Source of the DNA: Patescibacteria group bacterium
Lineage (GTDB): Bacteria; Patescibacteriota; Patescibacteriia; JBAZBY01
DNA length: 64,000 nt
Direction of reading: 5' to 3'
NCBI GenBank assembly: GCA_041671225.1
Contig: JBAZBY010000001.1
Coordinates: 897,130 to 961,129 of the forward strand
The number at the start of each line of letters is the position of its first letter. The first letter of the stretch is position 1. The notes below the pieces were generated by a model. That model was not told where the DNA came from. It saw only the letters and a program-made list of their open reading frames with translations, and searched no databases. This document shows, piece after piece, positions 9,610-18,932 of this stretch. The position numbers were made by a program, and so were the translations under genes.

Positions 9610-10850
9610 GGTTGTGATGTGAGCCGCTCTGTCAAGAATTCCAACGCGGCATCACGCTGTGGATCGTTTTCTTCAGTATAATCTTCATCTGTGAACTCGA
9701 CAAGTTGGTCAGGGGTAAGACCGTCTTTTTCAATCGTTCGGCCATCAGGAGTAAGCCATTCTGCAACGGTAAGCTTCAGCGAAGAACCACCAGAAAGACC
9801 CTCAAACTCCTGTACGGTGCCTTTTCCAAATGTTTGCGTACCAATAATGGTTGCTGTTTCATAATCCTGCAGGGCACCGGCAAGGATCTCTGCCGCGGAG
9901 GCTGTTCCTTGATTGACAAGCACAACAACAACTTTGCCGGAAAAACTCACAGGTTGATTACTGGTGAAGGATTCCTGCGTACCATCCGCTGCTTGTTCAA
10001 GGACGATCACTTGTTCCCCGACAAAATGCCCTGCAATATTAATTGCCATATCAAGAAGACCGCCGGGATTATTACGAAGATCCAAAAGGATGCCATCAGG
10101 GTTCTGCAAAAGAATCTCTGCAACAACATCATCAAACTCGCGGTCGCTGTCACGGGTAAACGTCGAGAGCGTAATTTCTGCAATAGTACCGCTGTTCTCG
10201 GGCAAGGTGACCATCTCCCAAATAACACTTGGAACGATAATAATATCCCTCGTAATGGGAACATCGATTGTTTCTGTGCCGCGACCAAGAGTAAGGATCA
10301 CGTCAGTCCCCCGTTCTCCACGAATAAGCTGCACCGCCTCATCAACAGAAAGCATTGCAGCATTTGTATCATCAATTGCAAGAATAACATCACCGGCAAG
10401 CACCCCGGCAGCTTGTGCTGGTGAACCATCAATGGGAGAAACGACCGTCAGTAGCTCATCGCGGTACCCGATCTCAATACCAATTCCTTCAAAAGTGCCT
10501 GAGAGCTCTTCTTCAAACGCTTCTGTTTCTGCTGGAGGAAAAAAGGTGGAATAGGGGTCACCGATGCTTTCTACGAGCCCAGAAGCTGCTCCATAAAGCA
10601 AATCCGACTGATCCACTGGCGCATGGAGATAATTCTCTTGTATGCGGCCTACGATCGCTTCAAGAAGCCCTGGATCAACGGTACTGCCCCCAAATGCCCG
10701 ATCAAGCGCTGACGCAAGAAGGCTAGATCCGTTTTCAGATGTACGGTGCTGACCAAACCAAAAGCCACCCGCAAAGATGACAACGGCGAGGAGGATCAAA
10801 ACAAAAACGGATTGCGAACGCGCCGGTGGACGCTGCTGCCCCTGCATCAT
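9606..10850 (-). CDS. S41A C-terminal processing peptidase with PDZ domain
   Basis: DPYS, GIGIEI (PDZ), LDLRNNPGG, ASAAEILAGALQD and TFGKG motifs; N-terminal TM. Confidence 0.93.
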   Translation of the reverse strand: MMQGQQRPPARSQSVFVLILLAVVIFAGGFWFGQHRTSENGSSLLASALDRAFGGSTVDPGLLEAIVGRIQENYLHAPVDQSDLLYGAASGLVESIGDPYSTFFPPAETEAFEEELSGTFEGIGIEIGYRDELLTVVSPIDGSPAQAAGVLAGDVILAIDDTNAAMLSVDEAVQLIRGERGTDVILTLGRGTETIDVPITRDIIIVPSVIWEMVTLPENSGTIAEITLSTFTRDSDREFDDVVAEILLQNPDGILLDLRNNPGGLLDMAINIAGHFVGEQVIVLEQAADGTQESFTSNQPVSFSGKVVVVLVNQGTASAAEILAGALQDYETATIIGTQTFGKGTVQEFEGLSGGSSLKLTVAEWLTPDGRTIEKDGLTPDQLVEFTDEDYTEENDPQRDAALEFLTERLTSQP

Positions 10851-12103
10851 TGGTTATCCTCCGTGATATCCGCGCCAATTGCACGTAAACGCTCTGCAAT
10901 ATTGCTATACCCGCGCCCGATGATCTCACTCTCTTCAATCACCGACTCACCTTCTGCAAGTAAGCTGGCAATGAGCAATGTAATGCCCGCTCGAAGGTCC
11001 AATGACTTGATATGAGTGCCAAAAAGCTCTGTCTTCCCCTCAATGAGTAAGCGATGAGGGTCGGCCTGAATAACACGTGCACCCATTTTTCGCAGTTCTG
11101 CCGCGTAGCCAAAACGTCCTTCATACATCGGATCATGAATAAGTGAAAGACCCTGCGCCTGCGTTGCGAGAACGCCAAAAGGCGCCTGTAGGTCTGTCGG
11201 AAAACCCGGATACGGACCAGTCCAAACCTTGAAAGACGAAAGGTCGCCGCCGCTTTGAATGGTCATACGGTTTCCCTTGAGGGTAAAAGGAACGCCAAGA
11301 GTATGCAGTTTATAAAGCACCGCTGTCATGTGCTCTGGGATAACAGGAGAAAGTTCCAGCTTCTTCGCAAGTAAAGCGCCAAGGACGGCAAAGGTTCCTA
11401 CCTCGATCGTATCAGGGATGATCGCATATTCAGCGCCATGTAATTTCTTCACTCCCTCAACGCTCAATTCGTGGGTACCGATGCCGCGAATGCGCGCGCC
11501 GCATGCATTAAGAAAATTACAGAGATCCTGCACATGGGGCTCAGCAGCTGCTTGTAATATATTTGTCTCCCCCTTGGCAAGGACTGCTGCCATCACAGCA
11601 TTCTCAGTTGCAGTCACGCTGAACTCAGGAAGGATGATTGTCCCGCTCGAAGGGCGCTTCATGGTAAAGGAATACATTTCCCCATCCTTCTTCACTTTAC
11701 CGCCAAATTGTTCAACAACGGCAATATGCGCATCAAGAGATCTGTTACCGATATTGCACCCGCCTGGTTCAGGAATCGTGAGCTCTCCGAAACGGGCAAG
11801 CAACGGCCCAATCAGTAATACGGAAGAGCGCATGCTCTTTACCTTCTGCTGATCAAGTGCGGTAGGATCGATATGGGCCGCAGAAAGCACAAGAGAATCT
11901 CCCTCGTGCTGCACTGCCACACCAAGGCTTTCAAGGAGTTCGAGGAGTTTACGGACATCAGTGATGTCTGGTACATTATGCACGCGCACCTCATCACCCA
12001 CAAGGAGCGTCGCGGCAAGGATCGGGGTTGCAGCATTCTTCATTCCTGCAATGGAAATGGAGCCTGAAAGCTGCTTCTTACCGGTGATTGTCATTGTTGC
12101 CAT
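10847..12103 (-). CDS. murA: UDP-N-acetylglucosamine 1-carboxyvinyltransferase
   Basis: GMKNAA, PGGCNIGNR, SVTATEN, PYPGFPTDLQ and DLRAG motifs. Confidence 0.97.
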   Translation of the reverse strand: MATMTITGKKQLSGSISIAGMKNAATPILAATLLVGDEVRVHNVPDITDVRKLLELLESLGVAVQHEGDSLVLSAAHIDPTALDQQKVKSMRSSVLLIGPLLARFGELTIPEPGGCNIGNRSLDAHIAVVEQFGGKVKKDGEMYSFTMKRPSSGTIILPEFSVTATENAVMAAVLAKGETNILQAAAEPHVQDLCNFLNACGARIRGIGTHELSVEGVKKLHGAEYAIIPDTIEVGTFAVLGALLAKKLELSPVIPEHMTAVLYKLHTLGVPFTLKGNRMTIQSGGDLSSFKVWTGPYPGFPTDLQAPFGVLATQAQGLSLIHDPMYEGRFGYAAELRKMGARVIQADPHRLLIEGKTELFGTHIKSLDLRAGITLLIASLLAEGESVIEESEIIGRGYSNIAERLRAIGADITEDNQ

Positions 12104-12111
12104 ACCGCTGT

Positions 12112-12140
12112 AGTGTACGGTACAGATTCCTCTTCGTCAA
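12112..12140 (-). promoter_or_regulatory. sigma70-type promoter of murA, near-leaderless
   Basis: Minus strand TTGACG (12140-12135), 17 nt, TACACT (12117-12112), then 8 nt to ATG 12103. Confidence 0.65.
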
Positions 12141-12146
12141 CGAAAC

Positions 12147-13526
12147 ATGGCCTTCATTATCACACACAGTAGAACACTCTATTACCTCGCAATGATCCTC
12201 CTTTTTGTGGTGCTTGCGCCATTGGTTGTGTTGTATGCGCAGGGATACCGTCTGGATGCTCATGAAGGCAGAATCGTCCAAACCGGCGTACTTGTTCTTA
12301 CTTCAGAGCCGTCACGAGCGTCCGTGAGTCTTAATGGAGAAAAACAAGCTGAGCATACAACCTCAGAAATCAACGCCATACGTACTGGGACGTACACGGT
12401 GACCGTTGCAAAGGACGGTTTCATTCCATGGGAAAAGGAACTGGCCGTTCTGCCTGGGCGTTCGACAATTGCGGATGACATCGTGCTCTTCCGAAAAGAC
12501 AGCACCATGGAAGACATGCTTCTTCATGATGATCTTGTCGCCGGCACGGCCCTACCAGGAAATCGCTTTCTTCTCACAACTCAAGAAGGGAATACTGCGA
12601 ATCTCTACTACTGGTTCACGCCTCATGAAGAGCCGATCCTGCTCACGACACAAAAAGGCACCATGGCCATCATGGATGTGCATGAAGGCGCTCAACAAGT
12701 ACTGCTCAAATTCGAACACGACGGGCTCGTCCGCTACGCTGTGGGAAATCTCGCACCCTATGCCGGAACAAACTCACCCCCGCGTGAACCGCTAGCACTC
12801 CTTCCATTGGATACATTGCTCCCGCCATCACCAGACGAGATTGCCTGGGATCTGCGCGACAGCACTCTTCTCTGGATATTAAAAGGCGGCACGCTCTCAC
12901 GACTTGATCTCTTCACAGAAGAACTCACTTCCATAAAAGGCACAACAAAAAATATTCTTGCGAACGCTACGGGGTTGCTCCGCGTGGTTGAAGAAGATGG
13001 AACCACGCGTATTGAAAAAAATAGCCGTGATGATTTTCAAACTCTTTTCACGATCAACGATACAGGCTTCACGCTTCTTAATGAGAAAAACAAGATCTTT
13101 ACGCTAAGTACTGCAAGAGAAACCGCTCTCTATGATGTCCCGCGCCCGGATGTTATTCGCAAGGAGGTTATAGGTGGCCCGGCACAAGACGCCGTCTGGC
13201 AGGGTAATCGTTACATCCTTTTGACCACCACAATTGGTATTGAAGTATACGACCGCACAACCCGCGCACGCACGCAACTTGGCCGCTTTGGCAATTCACT
13301 CCGCGACGTGCAGTGGTACGCAAATAATGCATATGTAGCATATATGCAAAATGGCCGCGCAACGATCGTTGAGATCGATCAGCGAGATAAGCGCAATGGC
13401 ATTGCACTCTCCGTGCCGGATACAACGCGTTTACTGGGTTTTTCGACGGACGAAAAATTCGCCTGGTTCCTTGCCGGCACCGATGGCGTGATTCCCGGGC
13501 GCTTTTGGGCCGTACGATTGCGTTAA
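12147..13526 (+). CDS. PEGA-domain membrane-anchored protein
   Basis: N-terminal TM plus 'YAQGYR', then a PEGA pattern (SEPSRASVSLNG...GTYTVTVAKDGFIPWEK) and a beta-rich C-terminal region. Confidence 0.8.
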   Translation: MAFIITHSRTLYYLAMILLFVVLAPLVVLYAQGYRLDAHEGRIVQTGVLVLTSEPSRASVSLNGEKQAEHTTSEINAIRTGTYTVTVAKDGFIPWEKELAVLPGRSTIADDIVLFRKDSTMEDMLLHDDLVAGTALPGNRFLLTTQEGNTANLYYWFTPHEEPILLTTQKGTMAIMDVHEGAQQVLLKFEHDGLVRYAVGNLAPYAGTNSPPREPLALLPLDTLLPPSPDEIAWDLRDSTLLWILKGGTLSRLDLFTEELTSIKGTTKNILANATGLLRVVEEDGTTRIEKNSRDDFQTLFTINDTGFTLLNEKNKIFTLSTARETALYDVPRPDVIRKEVIGGPAQDAVWQGNRYILLTTTIGIEVYDRTTRARTQLGRFGNSLRDVQWYANNAYVAYMQNGRATIVEIDQRDKRNGIALSVPDTTRLLGFSTDEKFAWFLAGTDGVIPGRFWAVRLR

Positions 13527-14248
13527 TTCTTCTTGCGGAATTCCGCGGCAAGACGTCCTGCTTCAAGCAAGCTATCAAACGACTCCCCGCCATCACCCCA
13601 CCATCCCTCAAGAATGGAATACGTTAACGCCTGCTTCTCAAGATACCACTGATTGACATCAGTGATTTCAAGCTCACCGCGCGCTGACGGTTTGAGTGTT
13701 TTTACGAACTCAAAGATCGTCGCATCATAGCAGTACACGCCAATGACCGCGAGATTTGAAACATACTCCTTTGGTTTCTCGACAATACGCACGATCTTGC
13801 CGTTTTGCACTTCAGCAACGCCGAGCTGCTCAGGATGTTCCACTTCCTTCAAAAATATTCTTGCACCAGAACCCTGCGCTTCATATTCCTTAAACGCATC
13901 AGAAAGATCGGCTGCAAAAATATTGTCCCCAAGATGCACCACGAATGGCTCGCCATCAACAAAACGCTCAGCAAGCGCTACCGCGCCGGCAATACCGCTC
14001 GCCTCTTCCTGAATGTCATACATAAAACGCGCTCCAAATTCCTTGCCCGAACCGAGAAGATTCAAAAAGTGCCCTGCGTGCCCGGGGCCCGAAATAATAA
14101 GAATATCTTTAACGCCGGCAGCAACAAGCTTTTCAATGGGGTAATAAATCATCGGCTTGTCGTAGACCGGCAAGAGATGTTTGTTGGTGACTTTTGTGAG
14201 CGGAGCGAGCCGCGAACCAGTGCCGCCTGCAAGGATAACGCCTTTCAT
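13523..14248 (-). CDS. rmlA: Glucose-1-phosphate thymidylyltransferase (short RmlA-type)
   Basis: KGVILAGGTGSRLAPLT..NKHLLPVYDKPMIYY, LGDN, EKP and SARGELEITD motifs. Confidence 0.9.
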   Translation of the reverse strand: MKGVILAGGTGSRLAPLTKVTNKHLLPVYDKPMIYYPIEKLVAAGVKDILIISGPGHAGHFLNLLGSGKEFGARFMYDIQEEASGIAGAVALAERFVDGEPFVVHLGDNIFAADLSDAFKEYEAQGSGARIFLKEVEHPEQLGVAEVQNGKIVRIVEKPKEYVSNLAVIGVYCYDATIFEFVKTLKPSARGELEITDVNQWYLEKQALTYSILEGWWGDGGESFDSLLEAGRLAAEFRKKN

Positions 14249-14253
14249 AAAGA

Positions 14254-14322
14254 GTTTGTAGTTGGTAGTTTATAGTTGGTAGGAAGAATAAGAATATATT
14301 TTACAACCTACCACCTACAACC
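14254..14322. repeat. Inverted heptamer-array hairpin
   Basis: GTTTGTA GTTGGTA GTTTATA GTTGGTA (14254-14281), an AT-rich spacer, then TACAACC TACCACC TACAACC (14302-14322). Confidence 0.75.
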
Positions 14323-15197
14323 TTTGTTAAATATCTTGCCAATGCATCTTCCCACTCAGGGAGTGGATTTATCTTTATATTTTTCAGTTTTGTATTGTTC
14401 AGTACGGAATACTGCGGTCGCTGTGCCGGGCGCGGGAATGCATCTGAGAATACCTCCTCAAGCGGTGCATGTGTCCCGAGCAATGCCTGAATTTTCTGTG
14501 CAAATCCAAACCAAGAAACGCGTCCACTGTTCACAAGATGATAAATGCCGGAAGGTGCTGCTTTTGCGAGTAACAGAAGCGTTGCATCTACAAGGTCTGA
14601 CGTGTACGTTGGGCTCCCCTCTTGGTCGCCCACAACGCGCAGTGCCTCTCCACTTTCCATCTTTTTGCGCATGGTGTCAACAAAATTCTTCCCATTCGGC
14701 CCATAGAGCCACGCGGTGCGGATAAGGAGGTAATTATCGGTCTCTTCTTGCACTGCCTGCTCGCCAGCGAGCTTTGAACGGCCATATGCGTTCAGAGGCT
14801 TTGGCTGTGCATCCTCCGCATACCCATGTGCATTCTGACCATCAAAAATGTAATCAGTACTAAAATGCACCAGACGAGCACCGATTTTTTTTGCTGCTGC
14901 GGCAAGGGCACGCACTCCTTCTCCATTCACCTTGTTTGCAACATCCTCATGCTCTTCTGCACCGTCAACATCCGTGTATGCCGCACAATTAATAACAACT
15001 CCGGGATGATACGTCTCCAAAATCTTTTCAACCGCTCCCTTCTTTGTGAGATCAGCTTGCGCACCACTAAAAAATAGCGCTTCGGGTAAAGCACGAACAA
15101 ACATACTCCCAAGCATGCCCGTTGCGCCAAAAATAACTGTTGGACGAACAGGCTTACCGTTGTTCGTATTGCTGTTTATAGTAGTCAAGATACGCAC
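14301..15197 (-). CDS. rmlD: dTDP-4-dehydrorhamnose reductase (start uncertain: GTG 15197, TTG 15188 or ACG 15167)
   Basis: GATGMLG, NCAAYTDVDGAE, STDYIFDG, YGRSKLAGE, DQEGSPT and AQRPQYSVL motifs. Confidence 0.92.
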   Translation of the reverse strand: MRILTTINSNTNNGKPVRPTVIFGATGMLGSMFVRALPEALFFSGAQADLTKKGAVEKILETYHPGVVINCAAYTDVDGAEEHEDVANKVNGEGVRALAAAAKKIGARLVHFSTDYIFDGQNAHGYAEDAQPKPLNAYGRSKLAGEQAVQEETDNYLLIRTAWLYGPNGKNFVDTMRKKMESGEALRVVGDQEGSPTYTSDLVDATLLLLAKAAPSGIYHLVNSGRVSWFGFAQKIQALLGTHAPLEEVFSDAFPRPAQRPQYSVLNNTKLKNIKINPLPEWEDALARYLTKVVGGRL

Positions 15198-16161
15198 CGG
15201 TCTTAATTGGCTTCCACCAGTCTTCGTTTGCTTTATACCACTCAACAGTACGCTTGACGCCTTCCTCAAAGGACACGTCCGGTTTCCAATCCAATTTCTT
15301 GCGCAGCTTGCCTGAATCAATGGCGTAGCGAACATCATGCGCCGGACGATCCTTCACGTGTTCGATCATATCCTCACCAAGTTCAAGCAGCTCAAGGAGC
15401 TTTTGTGTGAATTCAATATTGTTAATGCGCTCGCCAGTCCCGATGTTATATGTTTGGCCCAGCTCTCCTTTTTCAAGAATAGTCAGAATAGCATGACAGT
15501 GATCCTCGGTATAAATCCACTCACGCACCTGCTTGCCATCGCCATAGACCGGAACCTTCTTGTCCTCCAACAAATTGGTGATAAAAAGCGGAATGAGCTT
15601 TTCAGGATACTGATACGGACCAAAAAAATTACAACTGTGCGTGATGATAGCCGGCACCTCAAACGTCTTGATGTATGCTTCGATCAAATGATCAGCGCCG
15701 GCTTTTGATGCAGAATACGGAGAAGAAGGCCGGAAGGCTGCCTCTTCATCTGTCTCGCCCTTTGGAACCGCGCCATAGACTTCATCTGTTGATATCTGAA
15801 TGAAGCGCGGAACCTTATGTCGCTTCACCGCTTCAAGCAATCGATACGTCCCGATAACATCGGTAAAAATAAACGCGTCCGGATCCAGAATCGACCGGTC
15901 CACATGCGTTTCTGCTGCGTAGTTTATGACAGCGTCAAATTGATGCGTAGCAAAAACCTCCTCAACCGCAATTTCATTCGCAATATCCCCCTGCACAAAA
16001 CGATAGCGAGGATCGTCTTCAAGATCTTTGAGGTTTGCGAGATTCCCCGCGTAGGTCAACTTGTCCAAATTCACGATTTCAATGTCTGGACGATGCTTGA
16101 GAAAATACCGGATCGCGTTTGATCCCATAAACCCCGCACCGCCTGTTAGTAGAATCTTCAT
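15154..16161 (-). CDS. rmlB: dTDP-glucose 4,6-dehydratase
   Basis: TGGAGFMGS, DKLTYAGN, AAETHVDRSI, STDEVYG, YSASKA and DRPAHDVRY motifs. Confidence 0.96.
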   Translation of the reverse strand: MKILLTGGAGFMGSNAIRYFLKHRPDIEIVNLDKLTYAGNLANLKDLEDDPRYRFVQGDIANEIAVEEVFATHQFDAVINYAAETHVDRSILDPDAFIFTDVIGTYRLLEAVKRHKVPRFIQISTDEVYGAVPKGETDEEAAFRPSSPYSASKAGADHLIEAYIKTFEVPAIITHSCNFFGPYQYPEKLIPLFITNLLEDKKVPVYGDGKQVREWIYTEDHCHAILTILEKGELGQTYNIGTGERINNIEFTQKLLELLELGEDMIEHVKDRPAHDVRYAIDSGKLRKKLDWKPDVSFEEGVKRTVEWYKANEDWWKPIKTGAYLDYYKQQYEQR

Positions 16162-16204
16162 ATTGTTTAACTATGAATCTCTCTTTCTCTCTTTCCCCGC
16201 TTCC

Positions 16205-16218
16205 TACAACCTACAACC
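16205..16218. repeat. Two copies of the TACAACC heptamer in the ahcY-rmlB spacer
   Basis: TACAACC TACAACC, the same unit as at 14302-14322. Confidence 0.5.
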
Positions 16219-16224
16219 TTCTTT

Positions 16225-17481
16225 CTACGTCCCCATTCGCCACTCAGAAAGATAGGCCTTTTGTTCTGCTGTCAGTGTGTCAATTGCGACGCCCATTGTC
16301 TTCAGTTTTGTGCGTGCGATCTGTTGATCAAGCTTCTCAGGAATGCGGTATACCTTTGGTTCCAGGGTCTTGTGATGCTTCACGATATATTCTGCCCCAA
16401 GTGATTGATTCGCAAAACTCATATCCATCACCGATGCCGGGTGACCTTCTGCAGTAGCAAGGTTCACCAAGCGCCCCTCTGCAATGACAATGACCTTGTG
16501 TTTTGCGGTGAGCGTGTATTCAACAACCTGCGGGCGGAGCTCTTCGCTCTTCTTTGCCGCCTTCTTCAGGCTCTTCATGTCGATCTCAACGTCAAAGTGG
16601 CCGGAATTCGCGACGATTGCACCGTTCTTCATCTTCTTGAAGTGTTCCATGCGAATGACATGAATGTCCCCCGTCAAAGTGACAAAGACGTCGCCAATTG
16701 TTGCGGCCTTGCTCATTGGCATCACCTGATACCCATCCATCTTCGCTTCAAGCGCCTTCACAGGGTCTACCTCTGTGACCACGACATGCGCACCGAGCCC
16801 GTCCGCGCGCATGGCCATACCGCGTCCGCACCATCCATACCCTAAAACAACGACCGTCTTGCCAGCAATGAGCAGATTCGTGGCGCGGATGATGCCGTCC
16901 ATGGTGCTTTGACCAGTGCCGTAGCGGTTATCAAAAAAATGTTTGGTATCTGAATCATTCACGGCAATAACCGGCAATTTCAACGCGCCTTCTTTCTCCA
17001 TACTCTTTAATCGAATAACGCCGGTTGTTGTTTCTTCCGTTGAACCCCAAAGCCCCGCTGCTGCGTCTTTGCGTTTTGAATGAAGCAGCGAAACAAGGTC
17101 AGCGCCGTCATCCTGGGTGATGTGCGGCTTTTGATCCAGCACGGCGTTCAAATGGCGGTAATAACGCGCTCGTCCTTCACCATTCACGGCAAAAACGGGA
17201 ATACGATCATGTTTGACCAATGATGCCGCAACATCATCCTGCGTTGAAAGCGGATTCGATGCTGCAAGCATGACCTGCGCCCCGCCGGCCTTCAGCGTGC
17301 GCATGAGGTTTGCTGTTTCTGAGGTAACGTGCAGACATGCAGAAAGACGCACGCCTTTGAGCGGCTTCTCTTTTGCAAAGCGTTCACGGATCTCGCGCAA
17401 CACTGGCATTTCACGCTCAGCCCAATCAATGCGCTTCTTCCCCGCTGCAGCGAGCTTCAGTGATGCAATGTCATACTTCAT
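16225..17481 (-). CDS. ahcY: Adenosylhomocysteinase (SAH hydrolase)
   Basis: [52 protein letters not shown] and [14 protein letters not shown] motifs. Confidence 0.98.
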   Translation of the reverse strand: MKYDIASLKLAAAGKKRIDWAEREMPVLREIRERFAKEKPLKGVRLSACLHVTSETANLMRTLKAGGAQVMLAASNPLSTQDDVAASLVKHDRIPVFAVNGEGRARYYRHLNAVLDQKPHITQDDGADLVSLLHSKRKDAAAGLWGSTEETTTGVIRLKSMEKEGALKLPVIAVNDSDTKHFFDNRYGTGQSTMDGIIRATNLLIAGKTVVVLGYGWCGRGMAMRADGLGAHVVVTEVDPVKALEAKMDGYQVMPMSKAATIGDVFVTLTGDIHVIRMEHFKKMKNGAIVANSGHFDVEIDMKSLKKAAKKSEELRPQVVEYTLTAKHKVIVIAEGRLVNLATAEGHPASVMDMSFANQSLGAEYIVKHHKTLEPKVYRIPEKLDQQIARTKLKTMGVAIDTLTAEQKAYLSEWRMGT

Positions 17482-18416
17482 AACGATGTCTTGAATTGTT
17501 GTTTATATCGACGCTGCAATGCTGCAAACGTAAAGTGATGTTCTTGCGTGCCGTGCTTCTCAACGGCATATGCTGCAACCGTTGCCGCAAGGCGTCCGAG
17601 TTTTTCCGGCGCAAAATCCTCAAGCAGTCCATAGATGAGTCCTGCGCGATATGCGTCTCCTGCGCCTGTTGGATCCACGGCTTTTGCAACGCGCACAGCG
17701 GGAATGCGCATCAGATTCTTGCGGGAAGCGAATTCTGAACCGTGCGGGCCAAAGGTCGTAACAAGCGTACCCACTTTTCCCAGTAGTGCCATCCGAGAAA
17801 GCTTTGCATGCTTCAAAAGCAATCCGAGTTCATAATCATTGACAATGACCATGCCCGCGCCAGAGATCATGCGACGCAACTCCGTGGTATGAAATGTTGG
17901 CAGTTGTTGCCCAGGATCAAAGATATAAGGAACTGCGCGCTTTGCCGCGGCACGCGCAATACGCAGCATATCAGTTTTATTCCCTGGCGCAATGTGAATG
18001 ATATCGTGTTTTTTGAATATCGGTAATGCCTTTCGCAAGGGTTGCATCATTGCGCCAATGACGAATCCGGCAAGCTGATTGTCATCACGATCGGTGAAAA
18101 TGTTCGCCTGCGCGGTCAGATCATCCTTCATGATCTCCACATATTGCATGGAAATACCCTGCGCAGTCAGCCACGCGCGGTATGGCGCAAAATCGTTCCC
18201 AACAACGCCCAAAAGATATGAACGCTTACCAAGAAGGGAAAGAGAATAGGCGATATTCCCTGCTGTCCCGCCGCGTCGCTCATACGCCCGTTCAACGGCA
18301 AAACTCAGTGAAAGAACGTGGAGCTTCTTGGGGTCGATGTGCTTTGCAAACTGCCCGGGAAAAGAAAAAATGCGGTCGTATGCGAGCGACCCTTCAATAT
18401 AAACGCGCCGTGTCAT
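17478..18416 (-). CDS. PfkB-family kinase, adenosine kinase-like
   Basis: [31 protein letters not shown] and [12 protein letters not shown] motifs; coupled to ahcY. ATG 18416 overlaps the upstream stop. Confidence 0.85.
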   Translation of the reverse strand: MTRRVYIEGSLAYDRIFSFPGQFAKHIDPKKLHVLSLSFAVERAYERRGGTAGNIAYSLSLLGKRSYLLGVVGNDFAPYRAWLTAQGISMQYVEIMKDDLTAQANIFTDRDDNQLAGFVIGAMMQPLRKALPIFKKHDIIHIAPGNKTDMLRIARAAAKRAVPYIFDPGQQLPTFHTTELRRMISGAGMVIVNDYELGLLLKHAKLSRMALLGKVGTLVTTFGPHGSEFASRKNLMRIPAVRVAKAVDPTGAGDAYRAGLIYGLLEDFAPEKLGRLAATVAAYAVEKHGTQEHHFTFAALQRRYKQQFKTSL

Positions 18417-18895
18417 GTATGGATCTCCTCCCAATCGTATCCAATGGTTGGATCATTGTGCGGGATGCGTTCTTCGTCCGGCGCAGCGGCATTGTACGGC
18501 TCTGTGGTGTGGTAAAAAAGAATCACGGGTTCTTCTGAAAGCACTTTGTAACCGTGCGCAACGCCAATGGGAATCACGATCAATTTGTAATCCCCTTCAC
18601 CAGCAAGAATGGTATCTGTTTGTCCATGTGTTGGTGAATCTTCACGCGTGTCATAGAGCACCACCTGCGCTTTGCCGGTAGCGACAAACCAAAGGTCATC
18701 CTGGGTTTTGTGCCAATGGAAAGCCTTGATGGTTCCTTGATAGGCAATAGTCATCGTGGTCTGCCCAAATTTTTTGAGCAGATTCTCGTCCGCCCGAACC
18801 ACTTCCATAAGTACGCCAGGAGTAGGAACCACTTCCTGCGGGTCAATATGGTCCGGATGAACGGTGAGTTTTTTGATGATTACGCCATTGATCAT
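18413..18895 (-). CDS. rmlC: dTDP-4-dehydrorhamnose 3,5-epimerase family (RmlC/SpsL-like cupin)
   Basis: KAFHWH..QDD, LYDTREDSPT and IPIGVAHGY motifs. Confidence 0.85.
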   Translation of the reverse strand: MINGVIIKKLTVHPDHIDPQEVVPTPGVLMEVVRADENLLKKFGQTTMTIAYQGTIKAFHWHKTQDDLWFVATGKAQVVLYDTREDSPTHGQTDTILAGEGDYKLIVIPIGVAHGYKVLSEEPVILFYHTTEPYNAAAPDEERIPHNDPTIGYDWEEIHT

Positions 18896-18903
18896 GCTGA
18901 ATC

Positions 18904-18932
18904 AGAATACCAAGAATGAAACCCTTTTTCAA
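18904..18932 (-). promoter_or_regulatory. sigma70-type promoter of the rmlC-led operon, near-leaderless
   Basis: Minus strand TTGAAA (18932-18927), 17 nt, TATTCT (18909-18904) with an upstream TG; 8 nt to ATG 18895. Confidence 0.6.

Noticed and set aside
9705-10554. Long antisense ORFs (239 and 196 aa) over the S41 protease, and similar ORFs elsewhere
   Set aside because: They lie fully opposite well-supported genes and have no recognisable motifs.
15198-15338. Long N-terminal extension of rmlD
   Set aside because: It lies wholly inside rmlB in another frame and does not resemble RmlD; it is probably not translated.
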